A stretch of 64,000 bases of DNA from Escherichia coli (lineage in GTDB: Bacteria; Pseudomonadota; Gammaproteobacteria; Enterobacterales; Enterobacteriaceae), in the NCBI RefSeq assembly GCF_003334815.1, contig NZ_QOWO01000013.1; one strand, written 5' to 3'. Of the stretch, positions 39,511 to 51,065 are shown piece after piece; the first letter of the stretch is position 1; every line of letters begins with the position of its first letter. The notes under the pieces were generated by a model that saw only the letters and a program-made list of their open reading frames with translations, had not been told where the DNA came from and ran no database searches. Made by a program: the position numbers and the translations under genes.

Positions 39511-40101
39511 ATGATCACCGTTGCCCTTATAGACGATCACCTCATCGTCCGCTCCGGCTTTGCGCAGCTGCTGGGGCTGGAACCTGATTTGCAGGTAGTT
39601 GCCGAGTTTGGTTCGGGGCGCGAGGCGCTGGCGGGGCTGCCGGGGCGCGGTGTGCAGGTGTGTATTTGCGATATCTCCATGCCCGATATCTCCGGTCTGG
39701 AGCTGCTAAGCCAGCTGCCGAAAGGTATGGCGACGATTATGCTCTCCGTTCACGACAGTCCTGCGCTGGTTGAGCAGGCGCTTAACGCGGGGGCACGCGG
39801 CTTTCTTTCCAAACGCTGTAGCCCGGATGAACTCATTGCTGCGGTGCATACGGTTGCCACGGGCGGCTGTTATCTGACGCCGGATATTGCCATTAAACTG
39901 GCATCCGGTCGTCAGGACCCGCTAACCAAACGTGAACGCCAGGTGGCGGAAAAACTGGCGCAAGGAATGGCGGTGAAAGAGATTGCCGCCGAACTGGGCT
40001 TGTCACCGAAAACGGTACACGTCCATCGCGCCAATCTGATGGAAAAACTGGGCGTCAGTAACGACGTAGAGCTGGCGCGCCGCATGTTTGATGGCTGGTG
40101 A
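39511..40101 (+). CDS. uhpA: Response regulator UhpA (NarL/LuxR family)
   Basis: 196-aa [24 protein letters not shown]... with receiver and LuxR-type HTH domains. Confidence 0.95.
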
Positions 40102-41603
40102 TGAAGACGTTGTTCTCCCGCTTAATTACCGTTATTGCCTGCTTTTTTATCTTCTCTGCCGCATGGTTTTGCCTGTGGAGTATCAGCCTGCATCTGGTTG
40201 AGCGCCCTGATATGGCGGTGCTGTTATTTCCGTTTGGTCTGCGTCTGGGGCTAATGCTGCAATGCCCGCGCGGATACTGGCCCGTATTGCTGGGCGCGGA
40301 GTGGCTGCTGATTTACTGGCTAACGCAGGCGGTCGGTTTAACCCATTTTCCGTTATTGATGATCGGTAGTTTACTGACGTTACTGCCCGTAGCGCTGATC
40401 TCGCGCTATCGCCATCAGCGTGACTGGCGCACCTTGCTGTTACAGGGGGCGGCGTTAACGGCGGCGGCGTTGTTGCAGTCGCTGCCCTGGCTTTGGCACG
40501 GCAAAGAGTCGTGGAATGCGCTGTTGCTGACTTTAACTGGCGGCCTGACGCTGGCCCCGATATGTCTGGTGTTCTGGCACTATCTCGCCAATAACACCTG
40601 GCTGCCGCTCGGTCCGTCACTGGTTTCTCAGCCAATCAACTGGCGCGGGCGACATCTGGTCTGGTACTTGCTGCTGTTTGTTATCAGTCTCTGGCTCCAG
40701 TTGGGATTGCCGGACGAACTGTCGCGCTTTACGCCATTCTGTCTGGCGCTGCCGATTATCGCGCTGGCCTGGCACTATGGTTGGCAAGGGGCGCTGATTG
40801 CGACGTTGATGAACGCCATCGCGCTGATCGCCAGTCAAACCTGGCGCGATCATCCGGTGGATTTATTGCTCTCGCTGCTGGTGCAAAGTCTGACAGGGTT
40901 GTTGCTTGGCGCTGGCATCCAGCGGTTGCGTGAACTTAACCAGTCGCTGCAAAAGGAACTGGCGCGCAATCAGCATCTGGCTGAACGGTTGCTGGAAACC
41001 GAAGAGAGCGTGCGCCGTGATGTGGCGCGTGAGCTGCATGATGATATCGGTCAGACCATCACTGCTATTCGTACTCAGGCGGGCATTGTTCAGCGGCTGG
41101 CGGCAGATAACGCCAGCGTGAAGCAGAGCGGGCAGCTCATCGAACAACTATCGCTGGGCGTTTACGACGCGGTGCGCCGTTTGTTGGGTCGGTTACGTCC
41201 GCGCCAGTTGGATGATCTCACCCTGGAGCAGGCCATCCGCTCACTGATGCGGGAAATGGAGCTGGAAGGGCGCGGTATTGTCAGCCATCTCGAATGGCGA
41301 ATCGATGAATCAGCGTTAAGCGAAAACCAGCGCGTGACGCTGTTTCGTGTCTGCCAGGAAGGGCTGAACAACATTGTGAAACATGCTGATGCCAGCGCGG
41401 TCACCCTGCAAGGCTGGCAGCAGGATGAACGGTTGATGCTGGTTATTGAAGACGATGGCAGCGGTTTGCCGCCGGGTTCCGGGCAACAAGGTTTTGGCCT
41501 CACCGGAATGCGCGAGCGCGTAACGGCGCTGGGTGGCACATTACACATTTCCTGTCTGCACGGCACGCGTGTCAGCGTTTCTCTACCTCAACGCTATGTC
41601 TAA
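40101..41603 (+). CDS. uhpB: Sensor histidine kinase UhpB
   Basis: About 500-aa ORF with an N-terminal multi-TM region and the H-box [13 protein letters not shown]; overlaps the uhpA stop. Confidence 0.9.
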
Positions 41604-41612
41604 GGTTTGATG

Positions 41613-42932
41613 ATGTTGCCGTTTCTGAAAGCGCCTGCCGATGCGCCATTAATGACTGATAAATATGAAATTGATGCCCGCTATCGCTACTGGCGTCGGC
41701 ATATTCTGCTGACCATCTGGCTGGGTTACGCGCTGTTTTACTTCACGCGGAAAAGTTTTAACGCCGCCGTACCAGAAATCCTTGCTAACGGCGTGCTCAG
41801 CCGTAGCGATATCGGCCTGTTAGCGACCCTGTTTTACATTACCTATGGCGTGTCGAAGTTTGTCTCCGGCATTGTCAGCGATCGCTCAAATGCCCGTTAT
41901 TTTATGGGGATAGGGCTTATCGCCACGGGCATTATCAACATTCTGTTTGGCTTCTCGACGTCGCTATGGGCGTTTGCCGTGCTCTGGGTGCTGAACGCCT
42001 TTTTCCAGGGCTGGGGTTCACCGGTGTGTGCGCGTCTGTTAACGGCCTGGTATTCACGTACCGAGCGCGGCGGTTGGTGGGCATTATGGAACACGGCGCA
42101 TAACGTCGGCGGCGCACTCATTCCCATTGTGATGGCAGCGGCTGCGCTGCATTACGGCTGGCGTGCCGGGATGATGATTGCTGGTTGTATGGCGATAGTC
42201 GTGGGGATTTTTCTCTGCTGGCGGCTACGCGATCGCCCGCAGGCGTTAGGTTTACCGGCGGTCGGTGAATGGCGACACGACGCGCTGGAAATTGCTCAAC
42301 AACAAGAAGGGGCAGGGTTGACGCGTAAAGAGATCCTCACCAAATATGTGTTGCTGAATCCGTATATCTGGCTGCTTTCGTTTTGCTATGTGCTGGTCTA
42401 TGTGGTCCGGGCGGCGATCAACGACTGGGGCAATTTGTATATGTCCGAGACACTGGGCGTCGATCTGGTCACGGCGAATACGGCAGTGACGATGTTTGAA
42501 CTGGGCGGATTTATCGGTGCGCTGGTAGCCGGTTGGGGCTCGGACAAATTGTTTAACGGCAACCGAGGGCCGATGAATTTGATTTTCGCCGCCGGAATTT
42601 TGCTTTCAGTCGGCTCCCTGTGGCTGATGCCATTTGCCAGCTACGTGATGCAGGCAACCTGCTTCTTCACCATTGGTTTTTTTGTCTTTGGCCCACAGAT
42701 GTTAATCGGTATGGCGGCGGCAGAGTGTTCCCACAAAGAGGCGGCAGGGGCGGCGACGGGGTTTGTCGGCTTGTTTGCTTATCTGGGGGCGTCGCTTGCT
42801 GGTTGGCCGCTGGCGAAAGTACTCGATACCTGGCACTGGAGCGGATTTTTTGTGGTTATCTCTATCGCCGCCGGGATTTCCGCACTGCTGTTACTGCCCT
42901 TTTTGAACGCCCAGACACCGCGCGAAGCGTGA
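41613..42932 (+). CDS. uhpC: Glucose-6-phosphate sensor protein UhpC (MFS)
   Basis: ORF MLPFLKAPADAPLMTDKYEIDARYRYWRRHIL...; 439 aa. Confidence 0.9.
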   Translation: MLPFLKAPADAPLMTDKYEIDARYRYWRRHILLTIWLGYALFYFTRKSFNAAVPEILANGVLSRSDIGLLATLFYITYGVSKFVSGIVSDRSNARYFMGIGLIATGIINILFGFSTSLWAFAVLWVLNAFFQGWGSPVCARLLTAWYSRTERGGWWALWNTAHNVGGALIPIVMAAAALHYGWRAGMMIAGCMAIVVGIFLCWRLRDRPQALGLPAVGEWRHDALEIAQQQEGAGLTRKEILTKYVLLNPYIWLLSFCYVLVYVVRAAINDWGNLYMSETLGVDLVTANTAVTMFELGGFIGALVAGWGSDKLFNGNRGPMNLIFAAGILLSVGSLWLMPFASYVMQATCFFTIGFFVFGPQMLIGMAAAECSHKEAAGAATGFVGLFAYLGASLAGWPLAKVLDTWHWSGFFVVISIAAGISALLLLPFLNAQTPREA

Positions 42933-42959
42933 TGCATCTCACCTTTTCACTTCATATCC

Positions 42960-43060
42960 GGCAAAACTAAGAAATTTTCCAGGTTTTGCCTGGACGCTAT
43001 CTCAGGCCTGATTTGCTGCTGATTTTTACAATGCATGCCTCACGCAGGTATTCATTTCAG
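42960..43060 (+). promoter_or_regulatory. uhpT promoter region (UhpA-activated, CRP-assisted); boundaries approximate
   Basis: Intergenic uhpC-uhpT segment containing GCCTGGACGCTATCTCAGGCCTG repeat-like motifs upstream of the uhpT start; assignment is from locus knowledge. Confidence 0.45.
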
Positions 43061-43069
43061 GAGTAACCC

Positions 43070-44461
43070 ATGCTGGCTTTCTTAAACCAGGTTCGCAAGC
43101 CGACCCTGGACCTTCCGCTCGAAGTGCGGCGCAAAATGTGGTTCAAACCGTTCATGCAATCCTACCTGGTGGTCTTTATCGGCTACCTGACGATGTACCT
43201 GATTCGCAAGAACTTTAACATCGCGCAGAACGATATGATTTCGACCTACGGGTTGAGCATGACGCAGCTGGGGATGATCGGCCTGGGTTTCTCCATCACT
43301 TATGGCGTGGGTAAAACGCTGGTTTCCTACTACGCCGACGGCAAAAACACCAAACAATTCCTGCCGTTCATGCTGATCCTCTCTGCTATTTGTATGCTGG
43401 GCTTCAGTGCCAGTATGGGCAGCGGCTCGGTTAGCCTGTTCCTGATGATTGCCTTCTACGCCTTAAGCGGCTTTTTCCAGAGTACCGGCGGTTCGTGCAG
43501 TTACTCCACCATCACCAAATGGACGCCGCGTCGTAAACGCGGGACATTCCTCGGTTTCTGGAATATTTCTCACAACCTTGGCGGTGCAGGCGCAGCAGGT
43601 GTGGCGCTGTTCGGGGCAAATTACCTGTTCGATGGCCATGTCATCGGCATGTTTATCTTCCCGTCGATTATCGCGCTGATTGTCGGTTTTATCGGCCTGC
43701 GTTACGGCAGCGACTCCCCGGAATCTTATGGCCTCGGCAAAGCTGAAGAACTGTTCGGCGAGGAGATCAGCGAAGAGGACAAAGAGACAGAATCTACCGA
43801 TATGACCAAGTGGCAGATCTTTGTTGAGTATGTGCTGAAAAACAAAGTGATCTGGCTGCTGTGCTTCGCCAACATTTTCCTCTATGTGGTACGTATTGGT
43901 ATCGACCAGTGGTCAACCGTATACGCGTTCCAGGAACTGAAACTCTCTAAAGCGGTGGCGATTCAGGGCTTTACGCTGTTTGAAGCTGGTGCGCTGGTCG
44001 GTACGCTGCTGTGGGGCTGGCTCTCTGACCTGGCGAACGGTCGCCGTGGCCTGGTGGCCTGCATCGCGCTGGCGCTGATTATCGCCACGCTCGGTGTGTA
44101 TCAACATGCCAGTAACGAATATATCTATCTGGCTTCTCTCTTTGCGTTGGGTTTCCTGGTCTTTGGCCCGCAATTGTTGATTGGTGTGGCTGCTGTTGGC
44201 TTTGTACCTAAAAAAGCGATTGGCGCTGCCGATGGTATTAAAGGCACCTTTGCTTACCTGATTGGTGACAGCTTTGCCAAGTTAGGTCTGGGAATGATTG
44301 CCGATGGGACGCCGGTATTCGGCCTTACCGGCTGGGCAGGCACCTTCGCCGCGCTGGATATCGCCGCGATTGGTTGTATCTGCCTGATGGCGATAGTGGC
44401 GGTAATGGAAGAACGCAAAATCCGCCGCGAGAAAAAAATTCAGCAGTTGACAGTGGCATAA
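43070..44461 (+). CDS. uhpT: Hexose-6-phosphate:phosphate antiporter UhpT (MFS)
   Basis: 463-aa [52 protein letters not shown]... Confidence 0.95.
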
Positions 44462-44479
44462 ACGTAACTGGTGACTTTT

Positions 44480-44506
44480 GCCCGGCATGACGCCGGGCTT
44501 TTTTTA
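44480..44506. terminator. Terminator hairpin between convergent uhpT and ade
   Basis: GCCCGGCATGACGCCGGGC followed by TTTTTTT; sits between the two stop codons. Confidence 0.8.
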
Positions 44507-46273
44507 TTATTCCGTGACTTCCAGCGTAGTGAAGGCAAACTTCTCGCCATCAAATAGCCCCTGACTGGTTAGTTTTAGCGCGGGGATCACTGGCAGAGAA
44601 AGAAACGCCATCTGAATAAACGGCTCATCGGGTAACGGACCGCATTCACGGGCGGCGGCTTTCAAGGCGTCAATTTGTTCCGCCAGCGACTGCGCCGTGT
44701 CGGTGCTCATCAGCCCGGCAATGGGTAACGGCAGATGACTTTGTACCTGGCCGTTACGTACCACGCACAGCCCGCCGCCATCCTGAATCACCTGATTGAC
44801 CGCCAGCGCCATCTCTTCGGCACTGCGACCGATCACCACAATATTATGGCTGTCATGGCTGACCGTCGCAGCCAGCGCACCTTCATTCAGTCCAAAGCCG
44901 CCAAGCAAACCACAAGCCGGAGCCAGCCGTTGCCCGTAACGCTCAAGTACGGCAATAAAGCTCACATCATCGCGATCAAAACCATTTTCGCTGTAGACGC
45001 TGGAGTGGGAGTGCGTAATCAATTCGTTATGGATGACGTCAATGACCCGATAGCGTTTTCCGGGCGTAAATTGCAGGGCAAAGTCGCTGGCGGAAACTGG
45101 CTGGCGGGCAATGGTGTTGCCATATGGCGGAGCGGATTGTGCCAGTCTCGCCGACTCTTCCGCCTGTAAGGTTTGCGCATCAATCGGCTCGCCTTTCACC
45201 AGTACCTGCTGCACCGTGACCTTACGCGCATCGCTCAACAGGACGATATCGGCCTGCTTGCCGGGTGCCAGTAAGCCGAGGTGATTCAGACCAAAGTGGC
45301 GCGCCGTCGACCAGCTGGCGACGCGATATGCCACATGCAGCGGCACATTGTGTTGTTCGATCAGGCGGCGAATTAAGGCATCGATGTGTCCTTCATGGGC
45401 GATCTCCCACGGGTTACGGTCATCGGTACAGAGCATGCATTGCGGGCTGTTAAATTCGTTGATCAACGGTGCCAGCGCGTTGAGATTGCGGGCAGCGGAC
45501 CCTTCGCGGATCATCAACGACATGCCGAGTTGTAATTTCCGGCGTCCTTCTTCCAGCTGATAACTTTCGTGGCAGTTTTCAATACCCGCAGTAATATAGG
45601 CGTTAAGTTCTTTACCACCCAAACCCGGGCAGTGACCGTCCAGCGTCAGGTGGCGAAATGCATCCAGTTTATCGAGCAGCGCATTCTGCCCGCTAATTAC
45701 GCCAGGGTAGTCCATCATTTCTGCAAGGCCGGTAACCTGCGGATGGTCCCGCCAGGCGAGCATCTGTTCAAGGGTAAAACTGGCACCGTTAACATCGCAG
45801 CCTTCCAGGGCGGGTACGCAAGAGCTGACCTGTAAGTACTGGTTTTGCCTTGCCTGTTCGGCACAGCGGGCAAACCAGGCGAATCCGGCTTCGCCCATCA
45901 CGTTGACGATTTCATGAGGGTCGCAAATAACGGTCGTCAGGCCGCGCGGCAGGGTAGCGGTTTCAAAAGTGACCGGCGTCATCATGCTGGATTCAATATG
46001 CAGGTGAGCATCAATAAACCCTGGCACCGCCGTTGCGCCGCGAGCATCAATCCGCTGCAAAGCCGGAGCATCAGTGTATTCTGCGCCAACACCGGCAATG
46101 TAACGTCCTTTAATCACAATTGGGCCGGAAATTTCTCCGCCATTGATCAGGTCGAGAATAGAGACATTATCAATAATATAATCGGCAACAGCGTCGCCAC
46201 GGGAAACGGCTAACAATTCCTGGTATTCAGCCCGGCTAATGTGATGAAATTTATGGTTAATAGAATTATTCAT
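44507..46273 (-). CDS. ade: Adenine deaminase
   Basis: 588-aa [66 protein letters not shown]..., amidohydrolase family with the metal-binding [11 protein letters not shown] motif. Confidence 0.9.
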
Positions 46274-46447
46274 ATTTTTCTCATTTTGATTTTATCAATT
46301 TGATTATTATTTATCATAAAGAAACGTCGCGAGATTATTAAAGAATATCCATTAATGTGCAATTGAAATGTGATAATTATCACTGAACCGTTGTTGTCAT
46401 TTGTTTTACAAAAGCAAGGGATTAAATCTCCTCCAATGGACAAAAAA

Positions 46448-47782
46448 ATGAATAATGACAATACCGATTACGTGAGTAATGAATCAGGGACGCTTTCGCG
46501 ATTATTTAAACTACCTCAGCATGGGACCACCGTCCGCACAGAATTGATTGCGGGGATGACCACTTTTTTAACCATGGTGTACATCGTTTTTGTGAACCCG
46601 CAAATCCTCGGCGCGGCACAAATGGACCCGAAAGTGGTGTTTGTTACCACCTGTTTGATTGCCGGTATCGGCAGTATTGCGATGGGGATATTTGCTAACT
46701 TACCCGTGGCGCTGGCTCCGGCAATGGGGCTGAACGCCTTCTTTGCCTTCGTGGTCGTGGGGGCGATGGGCATCTCCTGGCAGACCGGGATGGGCGCAAT
46801 ATTCTGGGGCGCAGTTGGACTATTTTTGCTCACGCTGTTTCGTATCCGGTACTGGATGATCTCCAACATTCCCTTAAGTTTACGTATTGGTATCACCAGC
46901 GGAATTGGATTATTTATCGCCTTAATGGGATTAAAAAATACTGGCGTTATTGTCGCCAATAAAGACACGCTGGTGATGATTGGCGATTTAAGTTCTCACG
47001 GCGTGTTGTTAGGTATTTTAGGGTTTTTTATTATAACCGTGTTGTCATCACGTCATTTTCATGCCGCGGTGCTGGTTTCTATTGTGGTGACGTCTTGCTG
47101 TGGATTATTTTTCGGTGATGTTCATTTTAGCGGCGTCTATTCCATTCCGCCTGATATTAGCGGCGTCATTGGTGAAGTAGATTTGAGCGGCGCGTTAACA
47201 CTTGAACTCGCCGGTATCATTTTCTCCTTTATGCTGATCAACCTATTTGATTCATCAGGAACATTAATTGGTGTAACTGATAAAGCGGGCTTAATAGATG
47301 GTAACGGTAAATTCCCCAATATGAATAAGGCGCTGTATGTTGATAGCGTCAGTTCGGTGGCGGGTGCGTTTATCGGCACCTCGTCTGTTACTGCCTATAT
47401 TGAAAGTACTTCTGGTGTGGCAGTCGGTGGCCGCACGGGGCTGACTGCGGTTGTGGTTGGCGTTATGTTCCTGTTGGTTATGTTCTTCTCACCGCTGGTG
47501 GCGATAGTTCCTCCTTACGCAACCGCCGGAGCGTTAATCTTTGTTGGCGTGCTGATGACTTCGAGCCTGGCGCGCGTTAACTGGGATGATTTTACCGAAT
47601 CGGTGCCTGCGTTTATTACCACGGTGATGATGCCCTTTACTTTCTCGATCACCGAAGGGATTGCACTCGGCTTTATGTCGTACTGCATCATGAAAGTATG
47701 CACCGGGCGCTGGCGCGATCTGAACCTGTGTGTGGTGGTGGTCGCAGCTCTGTTTGCACTGAAGATTATTCTGGTGGATTAG
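46448..47782 (+). CDS. adeQ: Adenine permease (AzgA/NCS2 family), YicO
   Basis: ORF MNNDNTDYVSNESGTLSRLFKLPQHGTTVRTELIAGMTTFLTMVYIVFVNPQILG...; 444 aa from that start, divergent from ade. Confidence 0.85.
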   Translation: MNNDNTDYVSNESGTLSRLFKLPQHGTTVRTELIAGMTTFLTMVYIVFVNPQILGAAQMDPKVVFVTTCLIAGIGSIAMGIFANLPVALAPAMGLNAFFAFVVVGAMGISWQTGMGAIFWGAVGLFLLTLFRIRYWMISNIPLSLRIGITSGIGLFIALMGLKNTGVIVANKDTLVMIGDLSSHGVLLGILGFFIITVLSSRHFHAAVLVSIVVTSCCGLFFGDVHFSGVYSIPPDISGVIGEVDLSGALTLELAGIIFSFMLINLFDSSGTLIGVTDKAGLIDGNGKFPNMNKALYVDSVSSVAGAFIGTSSVTAYIESTSGVAVGGRTGLTAVVVGVMFLLVMFFSPLVAIVPPYATAGALIFVGVLMTSSLARVNWDDFTESVPAFITTVMMPFTFSITEGIALGFMSYCIMKVCTGRWRDLNLCVVVVAALFALKIILVD

Positions 47783-47834
47783 TAACTGGCGAGGGTTTCC
47801 AGATATCATGAGTTCTGATTACGCAGGAGAACTC

Positions 47835-48287
47835 ATGATCTGGATAATGCTCGCCACGCTGGCGGTAGTGTTTGTGGTTGGTTTTCGGGTGCTGACATCC
47901 GGGGCCAGAAAAGCGATTCGCCGTCTCAGCGATCGGCTGAACATCGATGTCGTACCCGTGGAGTCGATGGTCGATCAAATGGGAAAGTCAGCTGGTGACG
48001 AATTTTTACGTTATTTGCATCGTCCGGATGAGTCGCACCTGCAAAACGCCGCGCAGGTGTTGCTCATCTGGCAAATTGTCATTGTCGATGGTAGCGAACA
48101 GAACCTGCTGCAATGGCATCGGATTTTACAAAAAGCTCGCCTCGCCGCGCCGATTACCGACGCTCAGGTCAGGCTGGCGCTAGGTTTTCTGCGCGAAACC
48201 GAACCTGAAATGCAGGATATTAATGCTTTTCAGATGCGCTATAACGCGTTCTTTCAGCCTGCCGAGGGCGTTCACTGGTTGCATTGA
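47835..48287 (+). CDS. yicN: Uncharacterized protein YicN (DUF1198)
   Basis: ORF MIWIMLATLAVVFVVGFRVLTSGARKAIRRLSDRLNID...; 150 aa. Confidence 0.8.
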   Translation: MIWIMLATLAVVFVVGFRVLTSGARKAIRRLSDRLNIDVVPVESMVDQMGKSAGDEFLRYLHRPDESHLQNAAQVLLIWQIVIVDGSEQNLLQWHRILQKARLAAPITDAQVRLALGFLRETEPEMQDINAFQMRYNAFFQPAEGVHWLH

Positions 48288-48325
48288 AACCGTTTCGTCT
48301 TATCAGCCTACAGACCGCGCCTGAC

Positions 48326-48363
48326 CTGTCGGGTGGATAAGACGTTCACGCCGCATCCGGTAA
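48326..48363. repeat. REP element downstream of yicN
   Basis: GTCGGGTGGATAAGACGTTCACGCCGCATCCGGTAA. Confidence 0.7.
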
Positions 48364-48497
48364 TCTTTGCCCTGTTCCGTTTCGATCTTAACTCCAGCTC
48401 AAGCAACACCGTAAAAGTTGCAAAAACGTTAAATGCGTCACACATTTCAATGTTAAAGTGGTCGGCTTTTCCCCTGAAACATGCCACGGGTAACACC

Positions 48498-49688
48498 ATG
48501 AGTGAATTTATTGCCGAAAACCGCGGCGCGGATGCCATCACCCGACCGAACTGGTCAGCCGTTTTCTCGGTGGCGTTTTGTGTCGCCTGTCTGATTATCG
48601 TTGAGTTTTTGCCCGTCAGTTTGTTGACGCCAATGGCCCAGGATTTAGGCATTTCGGAAGGGGTTGCCGGGCAATCGGTGACCGTGACCGCCTTTGTGGC
48701 AATGTTTGCCAGTTTGTTTATTACCCAGACAATTCAGGCTACTGACCGCCGCTACGTTGTTATTTTGTTTGCCGTTTTGCTGACGCTCTCCTGCTTGCTG
48801 GTTTCCTTTGCTAACTCATTCAGTTTGCTTTTAATCGGTCGTGCCTGTCTGGGGCTGGCGCTGGGCGGGTTCTGGGCGATGTCGGCGTCGCTGACCATGC
48901 GTCTGGTGCCGCCGCGTACGGTGCCGAAGGCGCTGTCGGTGATCTTCGGCGCGGTTTCTATTGCGCTGGTGATTGCCGCGCCGTTGGGCAGTTTTTTAGG
49001 CGAGCTTATCGGTTGGCGCAATGTCTTTAATGCGGCGGCGGTGATGGGCGTGCTGTGTATTTTCTGGATTATCAAATCATTGCCTTCACTGCCAGGCGAA
49101 CCCTCGCATCAGAAACAAAATACTTTCCGCTTATTACAACGTCCGGGTGTGATGGCAGGGATGATCGCCATCTTCATGTCTTTCGCCGGGCAGTTTGCTT
49201 TCTTCACGTATATTCGCCCGGTGTATATGAACCTGGCGGGATTCGGCGTGGATGGCTTAACGCTGGTGCTGTTGAGTTTTGGTATCGCCAGCTTTATTGG
49301 TACGTCGCTTTCGTCGTTCATTCTTAAACGTTCGGTAAAACTGGCCTTAGCAGGCGCGCCGTTAATACTGGCTGTGAGTGCGTTGGTACTGACGTTGTGG
49401 GGAAGCGATAAAATCGTTGCTACCGGCGTGGCGATTATCTGGGGGCTAACTTTTGCATTGGTTCCCGTCGGCTGGTCAACGTGGATCACCCGCTCGCTGG
49501 CCGATCAGGCAGAAAAAGCCGGGTCTATTCAGGTGGCGGTTATTCAGCTTGCTAATACCTGTGGCGCGGCAATCGGCGGTTATGCGCTGGATAATATTGG
49601 TCTGACTTCGCCGTTGATGTTGTCCGGCACATTGATGTTGCTGACTGCATTGTTGGTTACTGCAAAGGTGAAAATGAAGAAATCCTGA
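48498..49688 (+). CDS. nepI: Purine ribonucleoside efflux pump NepI (MFS), YicM
   Basis: [58 protein letters not shown]...; 396 aa. The ORF-track 5' extension runs through the REP element and is not coding. Confidence 0.85.
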   Translation: MSEFIAENRGADAITRPNWSAVFSVAFCVACLIIVEFLPVSLLTPMAQDLGISEGVAGQSVTVTAFVAMFASLFITQTIQATDRRYVVILFAVLLTLSCLLVSFANSFSLLLIGRACLGLALGGFWAMSASLTMRLVPPRTVPKALSVIFGAVSIALVIAAPLGSFLGELIGWRNVFNAAAVMGVLCIFWIIKSLPSLPGEPSHQKQNTFRLLQRPGVMAGMIAIFMSFAGQFAFFTYIRPVYMNLAGFGVDGLTLVLLSFGIASFIGTSLSSFILKRSVKLALAGAPLILAVSALVLTLWGSDKIVATGVAIIWGLTFALVPVGWSTWITRSLADQAEKAGSIQVAVIQLANTCGAAIGGYALDNIGLTSPLMLSGTLMLLTALLVTAKVKMKKS

Positions 49689-49728
49689 TATCAGGTAAAG
49701 AAGCGTTGGTCAGTAGTTGTTGCTGTTC

Positions 49729-50022
49729 TTACATATCCGGGCATTCTACCTTACCCAACGCTTCCCAATAATTGCTCTGATTATTACGTTCCATCGCCAC
49801 GATGGCCTCGCGTATATGTTGTTTATTGTTTTCATCTGACAACATTAACTTTTCCCACGCTTCATCTGATAATGACGCCTGTGGCGTGCAAATTTTACGT
49901 AAATCTTGTAATACCGTGGTTTTCTCTTTTGCGGACTGCAGTGAGCTAAAAGGCGACTCGGCGTATACGATGCCTGGCATAGCGAAAAAAGTGAAAATAA
50001 GCAGTAGTGTCGTTGGTTTCAT
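49729..50022 (-). CDS. yicS: Small secreted protein YicS
   Basis: 97-aa ORF with an N-terminal signal peptide MKPTTLLLIFTFFAMPGIVYA. Confidence 0.8.
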   Translation of the reverse strand: MKPTTLLLIFTFFAMPGIVYAESPFSSLQSAKEKTTVLQDLRKICTPQASLSDEAWEKLMLSDENNKQHIREAIVAMERNNQSNYWEALGKVECPDM

Positions 50023-50243
50023 GGATTCAACCTTTTACAAATGTGTATCGAATGAAGCATAAGTGTAGTTTGCTTTCATCGCTCTCATCATGCTGTACGA
50101 AACGCGCTTGCGTGGTCAGTAAGAAGTGCCAGACTTTATATTCCACTTTTATTCCTTTTTATTCTTATCGATAGCGTTTCGTTTTTTAAACCGCAGCGAC
50201 CTTACCGCTATAGTCAGGTAATCATTAATAAAAGGATAAAAAA

Positions 50244-51062
50244 ATGAAACTGACAACACATCATCTACGGACAGGGGCCGCATTATTGCTGGCCGGAATT
50301 CTGCTGGCAGGTTGCGACCAGAGTAGCAGCGATGCAAAACACATTAAAGTTGGCGTTATAAATGGCGCAGAACAAGATGTCGCGGAAGTCGCTAAAAAGG
50401 TGGCAAAAGAGAAATATGGCCTCGATGTTGAACTGGTAGGATTTAGCGGTTCGTTGCTACCGAACGATGCGACAAATCATGGCGAACTTGATGCGAATGT
50501 CTTCCAGCATCGACCCTTTCTTGAACAAGATAATCAGGCGCATGGTTATAAACTGGTAGCGGTGGGAAATACGTTTGTCTTCCCTATGGCGGGTTATTCC
50601 AAAAAAATCAAAACCGTGGCGCAAATAAAAGAAGGCGCGACAGTGGCGATCCCCAACGACCCGACCAACCTTGGTCGCGCACTTTTACTGTTGCAAAAAG
50701 AGAAGCTAATTACTCTGAAAGAGGGAAAAGGGTTATTACCTACCGCGCTGGATATAACCGATAATCCTCGTCATTTGCAGATTATGGAACTCGAGGGGGC
50801 GCAGCTCCCGCGCGTACTGGATGATCCCAAAGTTGATGTAGCGATTATCAGCACCACTTACATTCAGCAGACCGGGCTTTCTCCGGTGCACGACAGCGTA
50901 TTTATTGAAGATAAGAATTCGCCGTATGTGAATATTTTGGTGGCACGGGAAGATAATAAGAATGCAGAAAACGTGAAGGAATTTCTGCAATCTTATCAAT
51001 CACCCGAAGTCGCTAAAGCGGCAGAAACCATTTTTAACGGTGGCGCGGTGCCTGGCTGGTAA
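50244..51062 (+). CDS. nlpA: Lipoprotein 28 (methionine-binding lipoprotein)
   Basis: 272-aa ORF MKLTTHHLRTGAALLLAGILLAGCDQSSSDAKHIKVGV... with a lipobox LAGC. Confidence 0.9.
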   Translation: MKLTTHHLRTGAALLLAGILLAGCDQSSSDAKHIKVGVINGAEQDVAEVAKKVAKEKYGLDVELVGFSGSLLPNDATNHGELDANVFQHRPFLEQDNQAHGYKLVAVGNTFVFPMAGYSKKIKTVAQIKEGATVAIPNDPTNLGRALLLLQKEKLITLKEGKGLLPTALDITDNPRHLQIMELEGAQLPRVLDDPKVDVAIISTTYIQQTGLSPVHDSVFIEDKNSPYVNILVAREDNKNAENVKEFLQSYQSPEVAKAAETIFNGGAVPGW

Positions 51063-51065
51063 TTC

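Noticed and set aside
48333-48497. 5' extension of the nepI ORF in the ORF track (451 versus 396 codons)
   Set aside because: The extension runs through a REP element and the yicN 3' flank. The start is more plausibly [10 protein letters not shown] at 48498, preceded by a purine-rich RBS-like stretch.
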